A stretch of DNA of 56,969 nt, the filler included, from Thelocarpon superellum (Eukaryota): assembly GCA_026025795.1 (NCBI GenBank). It is 2 parts of 2 records of this genome, joined end to end, with 100 filler letters (N's around TTAATTAATTAA, not from the genome) between each part and the next. Parts side by side here need not be neighbours in the genome. Positions count along the whole stretch, not along the records: positions 1 to 28,520 come from JAPEUG010000235.1; 1 more part is not named here. One strand, given 5' to 3'. Both the position numbers and the translations under genes were made by a program. Below the pieces are notes generated by a model. The model worked only from the letters and a program-made list of their open reading frames with translations, was not told where the DNA came from and made no database searches. Positions 1-12,431 of the stretch are shown here, one piece after another (within the stretch, counting starts at the first letter, position 1; each line of letters starts with the position of its first letter).

Positions 1-1
1 A

Positions 2-418
2 CTCCACGAATGGCTCTACATCACCGATACCATCGACGCCGTCTACCGGCCGCCGCACTGGCAGCCCGTGGCGCTGGTGGACGAAGTGTCGGAACAACTC
101 GGCACGACCATGACGCCCTCGTCCACGGTCATGCACGTTCCACCCACCCGGCCCGAGGGCCAGAAATCCAGCAATGCCTCCATCAGCTCTCTCCGCTCTC
201 GACGACCCCTCTTGCAGCGACTAGCGGGGAGCCGGTCCTCGCCGATGCTCCCAGGAAAGAACGCCGACGTGCTCAATTCTCTCCTCAAGCCCTTCTTCAG
301 CCAACTCAGCATCTACGCGTTTGAAAGTACCTATGCCATGGCGCCAGCGGACCGGAAGGCGTGTGGAGATGAGCTATTGGTTGATTTATTCGACGAGGGG
401 ACGATAGTTGGGCCTTAG
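2..418 (+). CDS. DOP1: 3' end (partial) of Dopey-family protein (DOP1/DopA)
   Basis: Frame 2 is open from the window edge: LHEWLYITDTIDAVYRP...LKPFFSQLSIYAFESTYAM...DLFDEGTIVGP*. This matches the C-terminus of fungal Dopey proteins as I recall it. Confidence 0.75.
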   Translation, partial: LHEWLYITDTIDAVYRPPHWQPVALVDEVSEQLGTTMTPSSTVMHVPPTRPEGQKSSNASISSLRSRRPLLQRLAGSRSSPMLPGKNADVLNSLLKPFFSQLSIYAFESTYAMAPADRKACGDELLVDLFDEGTIVGP

Positions 419-592
419 GCGAGGATCACTAGGATGATGGAGAGTGGAGGGCGCCGCGTGAGGGGAATGAAGAAGTGAAGGACCGAATGACGTGATGAAG
501 TGATGAACGGTCCATTGATCCTTTTCGTCACCATGTGTCATACATCATCAGCAGCATTGCTCGTACTGTACTACCGGGCATCTGCAGGGTAT

Positions 593-2134
593 CTACAGGG
601 CGGTGCGCAGATTCGTTCCAACCAGGGTAGATCTAGGGACGCCGCAGACACCGCAGACGCCAGAGTCAGCAGCGTTGAGATATCCGCTGTCGCTTTCACC
701 ACCAGTAATACCATCACCACTGCCACTAGCACGAGCCACACCTGACACCCTGCCCACAACAGCACAGACATCACTCTCACACCGCCAGCATCCGGGATCG
801 GACTCGGGTTTCAACACGTGTGAACATGCTGGACAGGTCGTGGATTGGTTGCCGCTGTTGGTGCTGAGCGTGAGGGTGCAGATTGGGCATGTGACGGCCT
901 CTTCTTCTGCTTTTCTCTCTTCCCGCTTGACGTAAGACGTGAGAGTGGAAGCAGAAGTAGAGGTGGGGTTGGAGGGAGAAGCAGCGACAGAAGACGGCAG
1001 ACCATCAACCTCCTGCAACTCTCGCCGCTCACGCTTCACCTCCTCTCCTTCTTCACCGTCTTCGTTTTCGTCTTCGCAGACCTTTACCATCCCTCGTCCA
1101 GACCTGTCCACCATCTTCGACCCGTCCAGGTCCCGCGCGTCTTCTCTACCTTTCGTTCCCTTCTCTGTCATCCCCTCCTCGCCTTCACCCTCTCCGTACT
1201 CGTCGCTGTCATTTTCATCGTCGTCATCGAACTCGTCGTTCTCTTCTTCCCCCTGGCCCTTGACGTCCGTCTCCACCGGCTGAAAGCGCGCCAAAGCAGC
1301 CGCAGCTCTCAATTCTCTCCCTCTCGCACTGCCTGCGACGCGCGGCTTCCCCTTGACTTTCTTCCCCTTGTGCCATGCCACGCGCGCCGTCTGGTCTTCA
1401 CCTAACGCCACGCCGTTCGTGCCGAACTTGCGCGCGATGCGTCGCTGTTGTCGCTCGGCGTAGGTGAGGGCCGGTCTGGCGGCCGCCACGTTCTTCGGCT
1501 TTCCTCGTTTCCGCTTTCGTCCGGACGAAGCAGTCCGGTATATGCCTCCGCACAGTGAATCGGGCGTTGGATCATCCGCTGCCAGACTCGTCGTCGTGTA
1601 CTCGCTGCTCAGTAGCGGTTGGCCGCGAGACCAGAATCCGTCGCCGGTGTAGTCCTACGGGCACAAGGTGTTGAAATCAGTCAGGAGAACAACAGAGAGG
1701 GCGCCACTGTTCATTTCCGAGACCTCGTCTCTGACCTTCGCCCATAATGCCCTCAACTCCGCGGCGTATCCATCACGCACGGCCCAAAACCCCCTCCCGT
1801 GATTCATTTCCTTGCAGTGCGCCAACTCATGCATCATGACCATCTGAACGTGCCGAAACGGCAGCCAATGGCCCGAATAGGGCGCTCGAAGCACCAGCTG
1901 GATGACCTCGCCAGCGTTGAAGTTGCGCCCGACGAATTCCCGGTTCGGCTCGTACTCCTCCAGCGACATCACCGCCAGATGGTGTGCTTTCATGATCGGA
2001 TGGCAAATGGCGGCGATGCGCTCGAGGAAGTCCTGCGCGTGTGCTTTGTGCGGTCCTTCGAGCGGCTTTATGAACACGATTCGGCTGTTGGGCTGCTGTT
2101 TCCGGACGTTCAGTCGCTCGATCCCAAGTGGCAT
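593..2134 (-). CDS. WLM-domain (Wss1-family) zinc metalloprotease with C-terminal Cys zinc-ribbon motifs; exons 2134-1736, 1654-593
   Basis: Contains LEEYEPNREFVGRNFNAGEVIQLVLR and an HELAH(x5)H HExxH motif. A GT..AG intron at 1735-1655 joins in frame to DYTGDGFWSRG. C-terminal CPIC/CPAC/CESDVC/CGVC. Confidence 0.88.
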
Positions 2135-3661
2135 GTTGATGGTGGGAGACCCCGCGCGAGAGCCGGCGTGCGCGCAGTGGCGGCGGGTGTGGGAGGAGTG
2201 GGTGAAGTTAGGTGAACCTGATGCATACACTACTTGACAGGGTGCACGTGATAAGGGACAAGAATGAGAAAAGAAAGAGGAGGAGGAGAAAGAAGAAGGG
2301 CATAAGCAAGAGATGCTTGGAAAGCACCTGTACGGGATCGCACGGGAGAGTAAATGTTCCATGACGTCGAACGTAAGTCCAATATCTCACGTGATGGCGC
2401 GCCAGACCGCGTGCGGCAGGGTTCCGCAGCGTGTCACTACGCGATGCCGTCCATCGCTAACCTGCCGGAGCTGGAACCCCGCCTGCCTCCTGAGACTGGC
2501 TGACCTTGGTGAAGCTTTCCCTTCCATTGCACGTCTTATCTGGCTGTTTACCCGCCCACACCTCGAGTATGTGTAGAGTGCTGGCTCAATGGATCGAGTA
2601 CATGCGCTCAGTGAGAGCCAAAAGTGAGTTTACCAATTGGTTGAGTCGGTCTACGAAGAGAAAGCATCACAGTCCACTATTGTATGGTCCCTCGCGCATT
2701 TACCGGACTTTGGTTTAGGCATGCTGCGTCCGGCCGATGGCTGATCCGAGTTGGCTGCGGAGGACGGCGCTGGTTTTCGAATATTCTAACCACGCGAGTA
2801 CTCGCCCGGCAGCCTTACGCCGTCCTTGCTCCCGAGCTCGGGTATGGAGGCGACCGGCCACTAATAGTGTACCTTACTATGAGTAACATACTCGTAATAT
2901 AGTACGAGTAGGCGAAGGACAGACGAGCCACCGAGCTCAGGGACCTCCAGACGACCAACTGCAATCATAGCACAAGCAAAGCACAGACTTTCGGCGCTCA
3001 GACGACCACTTTGGTGTGACAGTCCTTCGGGCTAAGCCTGAGGCTCTGCCTGTGCACCAAGTCCGTGTGGAAGGGACTGGATTGCCCGGCGTCACGGCAT
3101 CTCGGCCAAAGGCAGCGCGGCGCCTGAGAATGGTTCACCACGCCCCTTCCCCCGCCACCTGATGACGAACAGCCACGGTGACGGGGCTGACGTCGACGAG
3201 TGGCTCAAGACACATATCCCATCATCTAAATGGCGATGGACTCCTTGCTGGATGGCGGCGAGTCCAGGGGCGAGAATGCTCCCACGCCACCCTCTCACCT
3301 GGGTCGAGCTGGTCACGAACGACCTCATCGAGGCTCGCACTCGCGTAACGAGGCGGGTCTTCAGCACCCACCACGCTGGGCGGTCGCCTCTTCGTTCCTA
3401 CCCATCCGCGCCACCTACGCAAATGCTGCAGGTCTCACGGTAAGTCTCAATGCTCCTTTCATGCCGCGACGATTTTTCGGTGGCTGGTGGTGAGAATCGC
3501 TCCACGGGCCGTGCAGTTGGAAGATAATGTCGCGGCTATGCAGTCACTACTGCATCGTCACGGCAGGTGGTATATTTGGGTACTTGACTGACGGAAGCCC
3601 TGGTGGCCATCAGATTCCATCTTGTCCCACCTTACGCTCACGGCCGGCCTATTTCTTTACT

Positions 3662-6600
3662 ATGATCTCTCTTGGCACCATTGCTTTAATCGTGACTTTG
3701 CGCTTTTATGTTGTTTTGCTCTTCCCCGACGCGGCAACGGTGAACCTCGCCTTCTGCGCTCCTTTATCGGATTCCTTCCCGTATTATACCGAAATTATCA
3801 CCACCGTGACCCTTTGCGGGAGTTCATCTGAGCATACCGCCACTGCTCCGCCAGAGATTGCAAATAACCCTGGGCTCGGAAGTCTCCCAACGACCTTTCC
3901 AGCGCCTCAGGCAGAGGAAACTGCGACGGTCTACCCGATTCCCGAGCCCAGCAGCCTTTCAGACTCTCCTGTTCCTGCATCCGCCGATACTGCAAGCTTC
4001 GAACCATCCGCCTCGCTTAATCCAGCGCCACCGGCCTCACCGAGCCCTGAACCATCCGCCCCGCCTGATCCACAGCTCCCGGCCCCACCGGACTCCGAGC
4101 CAGCGTCACCACCTAGCCTCGAGCCACCATCTCTCGCAATCCCCATCCCCACCCCCGAGAGCGTCGTCAGCCCTCAGCCAGAGAGCCCGACTATTCCCGG
4201 TCTGGGGCCGACGAATCCAGGCTCCCCGAACACCCTACCAGCGGGCTCCGCCCCTGTGAACCCCATCCCTGAACCTATAACGGTGACAACCGGGGCCCCC
4301 GTCGCCGAGTCACCAACTAGTCCAGTGGAATATTCCATCCCAGAGCCTGCGACTAGCGATGCGAGCCAATCATATCCTCAGCCCACGACAAGTGGGACCA
4401 GCTCCCCCAGCCCTGTGTTCGGAAGTACCGCGACCGGCCAGGCCACTGCCGAGCCAGCAAGCGACTCGACCGGCTATTGGGTGGGCCAAATCAAACGCCA
4501 GGGGATTGAACCTTTCAATGCCGATCCCACCTCCTACCAAGTGTTCCGTAACGTCAAGGATTACGGGGCTACCGGTATGCAGATGCTGTCTCCACACGAA
4601 TAGCCTCCATTACTGACCGTGCTCTTTGCTCTCAGGCGATGGCACGACGGACGACACGGCCGCCATCAACAATGCCATTTCGGCAGGGTCGCGCTGTGGG
4701 CTGGGGTGCGACTCTTCCACCACTACCCCCGCTCTAGTCTATTTCCCCGCTGGCACCTATCTCGTTAGCACTCCCATCGTCCAATTCTATTATACCCAGC
4801 TTGTCGGCGATGCGACCAATCCGCCGACGCTTATGGCATCACCCTCCTTCCAAGGCATCGCGGTCATCGATTCAGATCCGTATGAAGCAGGTGGCCAGAA
4901 CTGGTACACCAATCAGAATAACTTCTACCGGCAGATTCGCAATTTTGTCATTGATGTGCAGGCCATGCCCTCCACCTCGGGCACAGGGATTCACTGGCAG
5001 GTGGCCCAGGCCACCAGTCTCCAGAACATCCGCTTCGAGATGCAAAGAGGTGGAAGCAACAATCAACAGCAGGGCATCTTCATGGACAACGGTAGGGTGA
5101 TGTGAAGTGATGTAAAAGCTGGACTGACCTCGGGTAGGCTCGGGCGGCTTCATGACGGACCTGATCTTCAATGGTGGCAAATACGGCGCCTTTTTTGGTA
5201 ACCAGCAATTCACCACGCGGAACCTGACCTTCAATCAATGCAGCACCGCCATTTACATGAACTGGAACTGGGTCTGGGCCCTCAAGTCGGTTACCATCAA
5301 CGACTGCGGGATTGGCGTGGACATGTCCAACGGGGGTGCCTCCCAGACCGTTGGATCCGTCCTGATCCAAGACAGCACGTTTGCGAACACTCCTATCGGT
5401 GTGGTCACGGCATATACCCTAGACAGCGTGCCACCGACCGCCGGCACGCTCGTCCTTGACAACGTCGACTTTGGCTCATGTGCGGCCGCCGTGGTCCAAG
5501 GTGACACGACGGTACTTGCGGGCAACGCTCAAGTTGCTTCATGGGCTCAGGGAAACACCTATAGGGCGGCAGAGGGAACGGCAGAGATTAGTTCATACCG
5601 CACACAGGAAGATCTAAGCGGCGCCCTGAAGCCGAACAGCCTCCTTGGTGCTAATGGTGCGGTATTTGAACGGTCCAAGCCGCAATACGAAACCGTCCCC
5701 GTCTCCAATTTCGTCAGCGTCAAGTCAAATGGCGCCAAAGGCGACGGCCAGACGGACGACACGGCAGCGATCCAGACGCTCCTCGACGAGGCCACTCCAG
5801 ACCAGATTGTCTACTTCGATCATGGGGACTACGTGATCAGCCAGACCATCCAGGTTCCCAAGGACATTCGCATCACCGGGGAGATCTGGCCGGTGATCCT
5901 CGCGTCGGGAAGCGCTTTCCAGGACGAGTCCAACCCCGTCCCTGTCTTCCGCATCGGCCAGCCCGGTGACGTGGGCGCAGTCGAGCTCTCAGACTTGATC
6001 TTCTCGACCGTCGGCCCCCAGCCTGGCGCGATCCTCATCGAATGGAACGTGCAGGAATCCTCGCAAGGCGCTGCAGGTATGTGGGACGTGCACATGCGTA
6101 TCGGCGGCGCAGCCGGCACATCGCTCCAATCCAACACTTGCACCAAAGACCCGACGACCATCGCGCTCGCCAATCCCGAATGTGTTGCCGCCTTCCTCCT
6201 CCTGCACGTCACGTCCGACGCTACCATCTACGTCGAAAATGCCTGGTTCTGGGTGGCCGACCACGAGCTCGACCTGCCCGACCACTCGCAGATCAACGTG
6301 TTCAACGGGCGTGGCGTGCTGATCGAAGCCTCGCAAGGTCCCGTGTGGATGTACGGGACGTCGGCCGAGCACTCGCAGCTGTACCAGTACCAGATCTCGC
6401 ACGCGTCCAATGTCTATCTCTCGCTCATCCAGAGTGAATCACCTTACTACCAAGCCAATCCGGACGCGACGAGCCCCTTTACGCCCAGCGCGGCCTACTC
6501 CGACCCGACGTTCGCAAGCTGCACGACGTCGACGTGTCGCAAGGCGTGGGGCCTGCGCATCATCGACTCGTCCGACGTCTTCCTGTACGGTGCCGGCCTG

Positions 6601-6954
6601 TACAGCTTCTTTGACAACTACGACCAAACTTGCCTCGCGACCGAGAGCTGCCAACTGGACATGGTGGACGTGACGCTCCTCTCCAACCTGGCGGAAGGCG
6701 CCGACTCCAACTCCACGGATGCAGACGGCGACAATGACATCTACCTGTACGGTCTCAGCACCAAGGCCGCGACGAACATGGTCTCGTTCAGTCTCGGCTC
6801 TGACGACGATTACTCCACGGAGGGAGGAGGGGGTCAGGTAGGGAATGACGCGTCAACGATCCCGCAGTCCAACAACACGAATAATTTCTGCTCCACCGTC
6901 GCGTCACTGGTGGTTGCCAAAGCACTAGCACTGCCGGTTCCGAATGGCAAATGA
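3662..6954 (+). CDS. GH55 exo-1,3-beta-glucanase (two beta-helix/pectate_lyase_3 modules) with Pro/Ser/Thr-rich N-terminal region; introns 4575-4635, 5092-5137; true start uncertain (possible upstream exon 3230-3439)
   Basis: FRNVKDYGATGDGTTDDTAAIN, NQNNFYRQIRN, IHWQVAQATSLQN, GAKGDGQTDDTAAIQ, WVADHELD, AEH and QSESPYYQ (catalytic Glu motif). Both introns restore the frame. Confidence 0.93.
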
Positions 6955-7320
6955 GTTCACATACCCAAGAAGGAAAACCACGGACGGGATTTGCATTGGG
7001 GAAAGTGGAATGGTTTGGATCTATGACAGATGGATCGATGGGTAGATAGAAGGCTGACCGGGCATATTCTGGACTGGACGGATGGACGGATGGGTGGATG
7101 GACATGTGTTTCTTGTCATGTAAATACACAACCACGAGGCCCATGACGATCACGAGGATGCAGCGATACAGCACTACAGCAGTGCAGCAGGTTCCATCCT
7201 GTAGGAATCGGAGATTCAGGTCCACCTACAGGCAGACACCCTAGACGATGAATCTCTCTCGACCCCCCTCTCTCTCCCGCCCTTCTCTTCTTTGCTCTGA
7301 TTGTTTCTTGTACGGTCGTA

Positions 7321-7410
7321 TTGACTGCAGTCTAGATGGAAGCACCTGTTCTACAGTGTTCTGATGTTGACTGCACTCAGACGGAAGCACCCGTTGTACA
7401 GTGTTCCGAT
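7321..7410. repeat. Degenerate tandem duplication, ~46 bp x2
   Basis: ttgactgcagtctagatggaagcacctgttctacagtgttctgat versus ttgactgcactcagacggaagcacccgttgtacagtgttccgat. Confidence 0.8.
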
Positions 7411-7809
7411 AGGTATCGGCACAGATGTACTTTGTATCCTTCGTTGTCATTCGTACTGTGGAGGCTCCATACAGGAGCTCGAGGCTTCCGAGTAAGCCAC
7501 TGCACGTGACCCACTATAGCTGTATATTAGAACAACAGATAGCTTCTGTAGAATAAACCACCCATCTCCAGTGCAGTTACCGGGGTGCGTCAGCACCAAG
7601 CTTGGTGCCCTTCCCCGGGAAAGCACGAAACCATATATTGGTCGACCTCAGAGATTCGTGCTCTATTTGCTCGTTTCTTCCAGTGGCATGATGGGAACTT
7701 GAAGGTGCGAGAGGGGCGCGGAGGGAACGTAGTGGGCCAGCGGGGGAGGGGAGGTAGGTGTGTTTCAGCGCGGAGAGGATTCAATCGAGTGACCACTTAG
7801 GAGGTGGGC

Positions 7810-7832
7810 AGAGAGAGAGAGAGAGAGAGAGA
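7810..7832. repeat. (AG)n microsatellite
   Basis: Uninterrupted run of about 11 AG units. Confidence 0.9.
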
Positions 7833-8143
7833 AATGGAACCCTTTGTTTCTACTACCGTCGGCCTTGGTTCTCTTTCCTTCCCTTTCACCTGCCGTCCTT
7901 CTTTCCTCCCTCGTTCCTCCACCCCAATCCCCCATGCTCCTCCCTACTTTCTTCCATCCGTTCATGTCCCCCCACTCTACCCGATCGTCTTGATTTCACC
8001 TCTGTGCGTTTCCTCATCGGGCCCAATTCTTCCTCATCTGGTCTTCGTACCTTACGAAGAAATAATCGGAACTGATGTGGAGAAACGGGATGTGATCAAG
8101 TCACATGTGGGAGTCGCGGTGATGGAGTCGCCGTAATGGCCAC

Positions 8144-9758
8144 CTAGATGCGGTGCTTTTCGCTCTCTTCAATCACAATGACTCGTCAGTACAGTTCCAT
8201 GGGAAGACCGGGCGCACTAGAGACGCGTCTCACCCAGTCGAGAGTACAGCATATATAATGCCATCTGGTTGCATTCCTGCGTCCCCGTGATCGTGACGAG
8301 GCGTTCGTTGGAGTTGTCCTGGGGCTCGTTGATCTTGATCACGCTCCCGCTCAGTTGACGGATCTCGTTGATCTTGGCGCCGCCCTTGCCGATGATGGCG
8401 CCCACCATGTCGTTCGGAATGAAGATCTGCTGCGTCAGTGGTTGCCCCGGCACCATGCCTTGGATCGGCTGTGCCGGCGGGCCAGCGTGGCTGGTCGTCG
8501 GCGCCGCGCCCACCACGCCGCCGTGGTGTGCCGGCTGCTGAGGGCCCGCACCCGTGTAGCCTGCTTGGGGGGAACCGTAATGGATGGGTGCTTGGGGCTG
8601 CTGGGGGCCTGGTTGTCCCTGCACGTAGGGGATGCCGTACGGGTTGGCGGGGGTGCGTTGCGGCTGGTGGATGTTGCGCTTGAAGGTCTCGGGATGGCCG
8701 TAATTGCCCCCCACGGCCTGTGGGACGTACGGCACCACCTGCATCCCCCCGGGGACCACGCCCGCAGGACCGCCGCTACGGGTTGCATATGCCGACGCCG
8801 CGGGCCCTCCGAAACGCTCCGTGAGCTGTTCCACCAGCGTGCTCCCAACGTAGTACGTGGCAATATGCACTGCATCGGCCACGCCCAAGACGACCAGCGA
8901 TCGCTCCGTCGACAACGGCAGGCAGGATTCCGACGCGTTCAGCCGCGCTCCCGACGCCTCTTGGATCTCCCGGATGCGAACGCCCGACTTGCCAATGATG
9001 GAACCGATGAGAATGTGAGGAATCAGCAGGCGCAGCGGATAGGTCTTGGATTGGGGAGTGGACGGTGCCTCGAGAGGCTCGTTGTTCAGGGTGCGGATGA
9101 TCAAGCCAAAGGCCTTGGCGATGGGGTTAACATGCAGGCACAAAATGCATAGGGCGTCGCCGTGGCTACATACCTTGGCCGCCGCGTCCACCAGCCCACT
9201 GACCGTCAGAATGCGCTCCACCGCTCCTCGAGAATAGTCGCTCACGGTGCATTTGGCACCCGACAGACGCCGAATCTGCGTGACGTTCTCCCCGCCCTTA
9301 CCAATCACCGTCGCCGCTTCGGCACTGGTGATGACGGCGCGAATGTGGATCCAGGTGCTCTCATCTTGGTGCGCCGTCTGAGAGGGCGTATGGGATGAGC
9401 GGTCGTTGATTCCCGTCGTCGTCTGGATGGGTTGCGTATCTGACGTGGCCACATCGGTCGACGGCCCGGTTCCATCGGTCGGTACCGGAGGGAGGTTAGG
9501 TGCGTCCGGCACTGCCGTGTCCTGTTCGACCTTGGTGCCATTCTCCGCGAGCACCTTGGTTAAGGCAGCAGAATCGACCGCGCCTGGCTCGGCCTTCATT
9601 GAGGCTTGGGTGGCATCCGCCGGTACATCCTCCGTCACGACCTTGTCCAGGGCCGGTCGCTTGGCATCGGGCTGATCCGTGGGGCCAGAAGGTGATGATG
9701 GGTCTTCGAGAGGTCGCTTCTGCGATGGGGCCGTCGTAGTCGATGGGGAGGCCGACAT
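8144..9758 (-). CDS. Triple KH-domain RNA-binding protein (Rnc1/Pbp2/hnRNP K-like); introns 9173-9114, 8233-8167
   Basis: Three KH GxxG loops (VIGKGGENV, IIGKSGVRI, IIGKGGAKI). Splicing gives the C-terminus SRLESEKHRI*. Confidence 0.9.
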
Positions 9759-10785
9759 CTTCCGCTAAAGGTTAATGGGTGCGGACGTCACTGGGGAGGA
9801 AGACAGGCAAAGCGAGGGGACTGCCGCCAGGTGTCGAACCGAACTGAATGGTATTGACCGTTTATGTACACCAGATGCTTTCGGAGGGAAAGGTGCTGGT
9901 GCAAGGATTCGGTGGATAGGGTGGAGTCTGTGCTGGGTGCTGGGTGCTGGAGGCTGACACGCAATCGGATGGCCGGGCGAGGGACGCAGTGGAAGGGCAG
10001 GCGGGTGAGTGAGCAGCGGGCGTGGAGGAATTACACTACAGCTATGGCTCTAGCTGTGCTCTGGGGTGCCGAGTGGAGAGTGACGAGAAAGGAGGGATCG
10101 AGGGTAGAGGAGCTGGGCCTTGTTATGACGGAGGGGATGGTGAACTTCAGGAAAACACCACCACGCGCCAACTTGCGATCATCCGCCAACAAGGGAGAGG
10201 GATGGTGCCAGGCACAGGGGTGAACAGCCGAGTGACAAAGTAAGGAGAGCGGGCTGGAGGCCAGATGGAGCGTGAGGTGAGAGGGAGACGTGAAGATGGA
10301 AGGAATTGAAGATAGAAGACCCCCGTTTGCCGTCGTTCAAGATTGGAAAAGGGCGATTGGAAGTGGAGGCCGTTATTCCGGTGAAGTTGACTAAGCGATC
10401 CTCCCAGGTTCCAATCAAAATCTTCGGATTGTCGTGGTGAATTGTTATGTAAGCGACCTCGCACTGCTCGACCCTCGAGAGCAACAATGCGTGCCCATAC
10501 GTGAGCTCCAATGATCGATGGCAGAGGACAAGAAGGCTCATGGCCGGGAATCAGGTCCACGTTCATTTTGAAGGGGGGCGGGAGAAGTGAAGATGTCTCA
10601 CCTTCGCTCCAGAGAGACGGCCTCTCTCAGCCACATAATCTAGGCAGAGATTCCAGTGTGGGACTATCCGCCGAGCAAGACAGGACGCACTAAAGCAAAG
10701 GTGCACAGACCGCGAGACTCATAGCTGAGGCTTCTGGTCGCTTCTCCCCAACATTCAGCTCTCTTGATCATAGGATCTCCTTTCC

Positions 10786-11888
10786 ATGGCGATCATGGGT
10801 GAAACTCACGACGACCCGGCGGCCGCGGGCCGTGAAGAGTTCCGCGAACAAGACCCTGGGTACGAAGCCAGCTTGGGACGTGCAATACAAGAGCTCCAAG
10901 GTCGTATACAAGACCAAGAGGAGTCACTTTCAAAGGTGTGGGACGCGTCGAGGTGTGAGGGTTGTCCGATAGCTGACTTGGAATCGTCGCTGCTCAGCGA
11001 AAGTCCTCGACCGACCTGGCCAGCATCGTCGGCCCTTCCCCTACCCCGGCCGAGCGTCTTCGCCAGACTCGCCTTCTCACGGCTGCATATGAGTCCTTGA
11101 CCGCTGCAGAGCCCACGCTACCCCCTCCTGATTCTCCGCTTCCTGCCCTGTTGGCACTCCGTGAGACGCAACGACTGATCGCCGAGACCGAAACATCCAG
11201 CGCCGAGGTCCAGGAGAAATTGAAACACGCGCAAACGCGGTATGAGACGGAGAAGTCCTATCTGCGCGATGCACGCCTGATCACCACGAGCCTGGAGAAG
11301 CGGATCGGTCGGCTTCGACAGCAGTTGCAGGAGCGGTCGCGACAGCCTCCAACCCAGGACGCGAAGGATCTCATCAAGCAACTCGACCGTCGTCAGGCGC
11401 GACATCGCCAGGAGACGAAGACCCTGGTCCAGGCGTTCAATGACTTCCTGGACGAACACCTGGCGACCATGTTGGCGGCTGAAGAGCTGGGGGGGCCGGT
11501 CGTGGGCGAGGCCATGGACCTGGATGATGAGGAGCTTGAGGGTGGCTTTTCACAACAAGGGACCGCCAAGCGGGTAAAGGCCAGCGGGAATGAAGACGCA
11601 CGGCAACGACGCATCGAGGCCATCTGGGGTCCAGACGAAAGCCTGGCCGAGGACGAGCATGGCCCGAGGACCGAAGCGGACGCGGCCGGGGCGGAGATGC
11701 GAGCACTGACCGAGGAGCTTCTCAATGCCTCTGCGGCCGCCGGAGGTAGTGGGTCGGGTGAATACGTGGAGGTCACGCGGGACTCGGCCGCCGTGCGCTT
11801 TCTCGTCCGGGCGAGGGTGGCCCAGCTCCATCCCAAGGATGCGAGACGCGTGCGCCTGATCGACTTTGGCCGGGAAGTGGAAGATTAA
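10786..11888 (+). CDS. Probable kinetochore protein CENP-K (Sim4/Mcm22-like); intron 10936-10997
   Basis: Coiled-coil N-half, and C-terminal AAVRFLVRARVAQLHPKDARRVRLIDFG resembling fungal CENP-K. The intron joins the two ORFs in frame. Confidence 0.7.
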
Positions 11889-12431
11889 ATGGACGACGAG
11901 AGGCATCAAAATCCATCCGCGGTGGATGCCACTACCACTTCGGCCACGTGTTGTGCCACGCGGGTGTCTCCTGATACCTTCCAATATCTTGGATCAGGTA
12001 GGTGTTGAGCCCCCATGGTCTGGCCGCTGCCGCTCATCCATATTGATAGCTTACCCATGAAAGTCATGGATGGTATGCTTGGCCTGGACGCTATTGCACG
12101 AAAAGAAAAGTCCCGGTAGTCATCAACAGCTCAAAGGATCACCAAAGACGTAGGAAGGGTTATCGGGAAAGATGATCAAATTGCATATATTCTAGTAGAA
12201 TTAGATCGGAACATCGGCAACGGACACCTTCCGTTGAAATGCCAAACGTCTCATGAGCGATCGGAAAGGTCAAATGGTTGACGTTCTTCCGCGGGAATCG
12301 CAAAAAGACGCCAGATAATTGAGGATGCTTTCATGATGAACTCAAATAGATTCAACGCACGAAGGACCAACATGGATCAACCTCGATAAAACAATCAACC
12401 ATCCCCAAGCTTACGTTCAATCCGCCTCATC

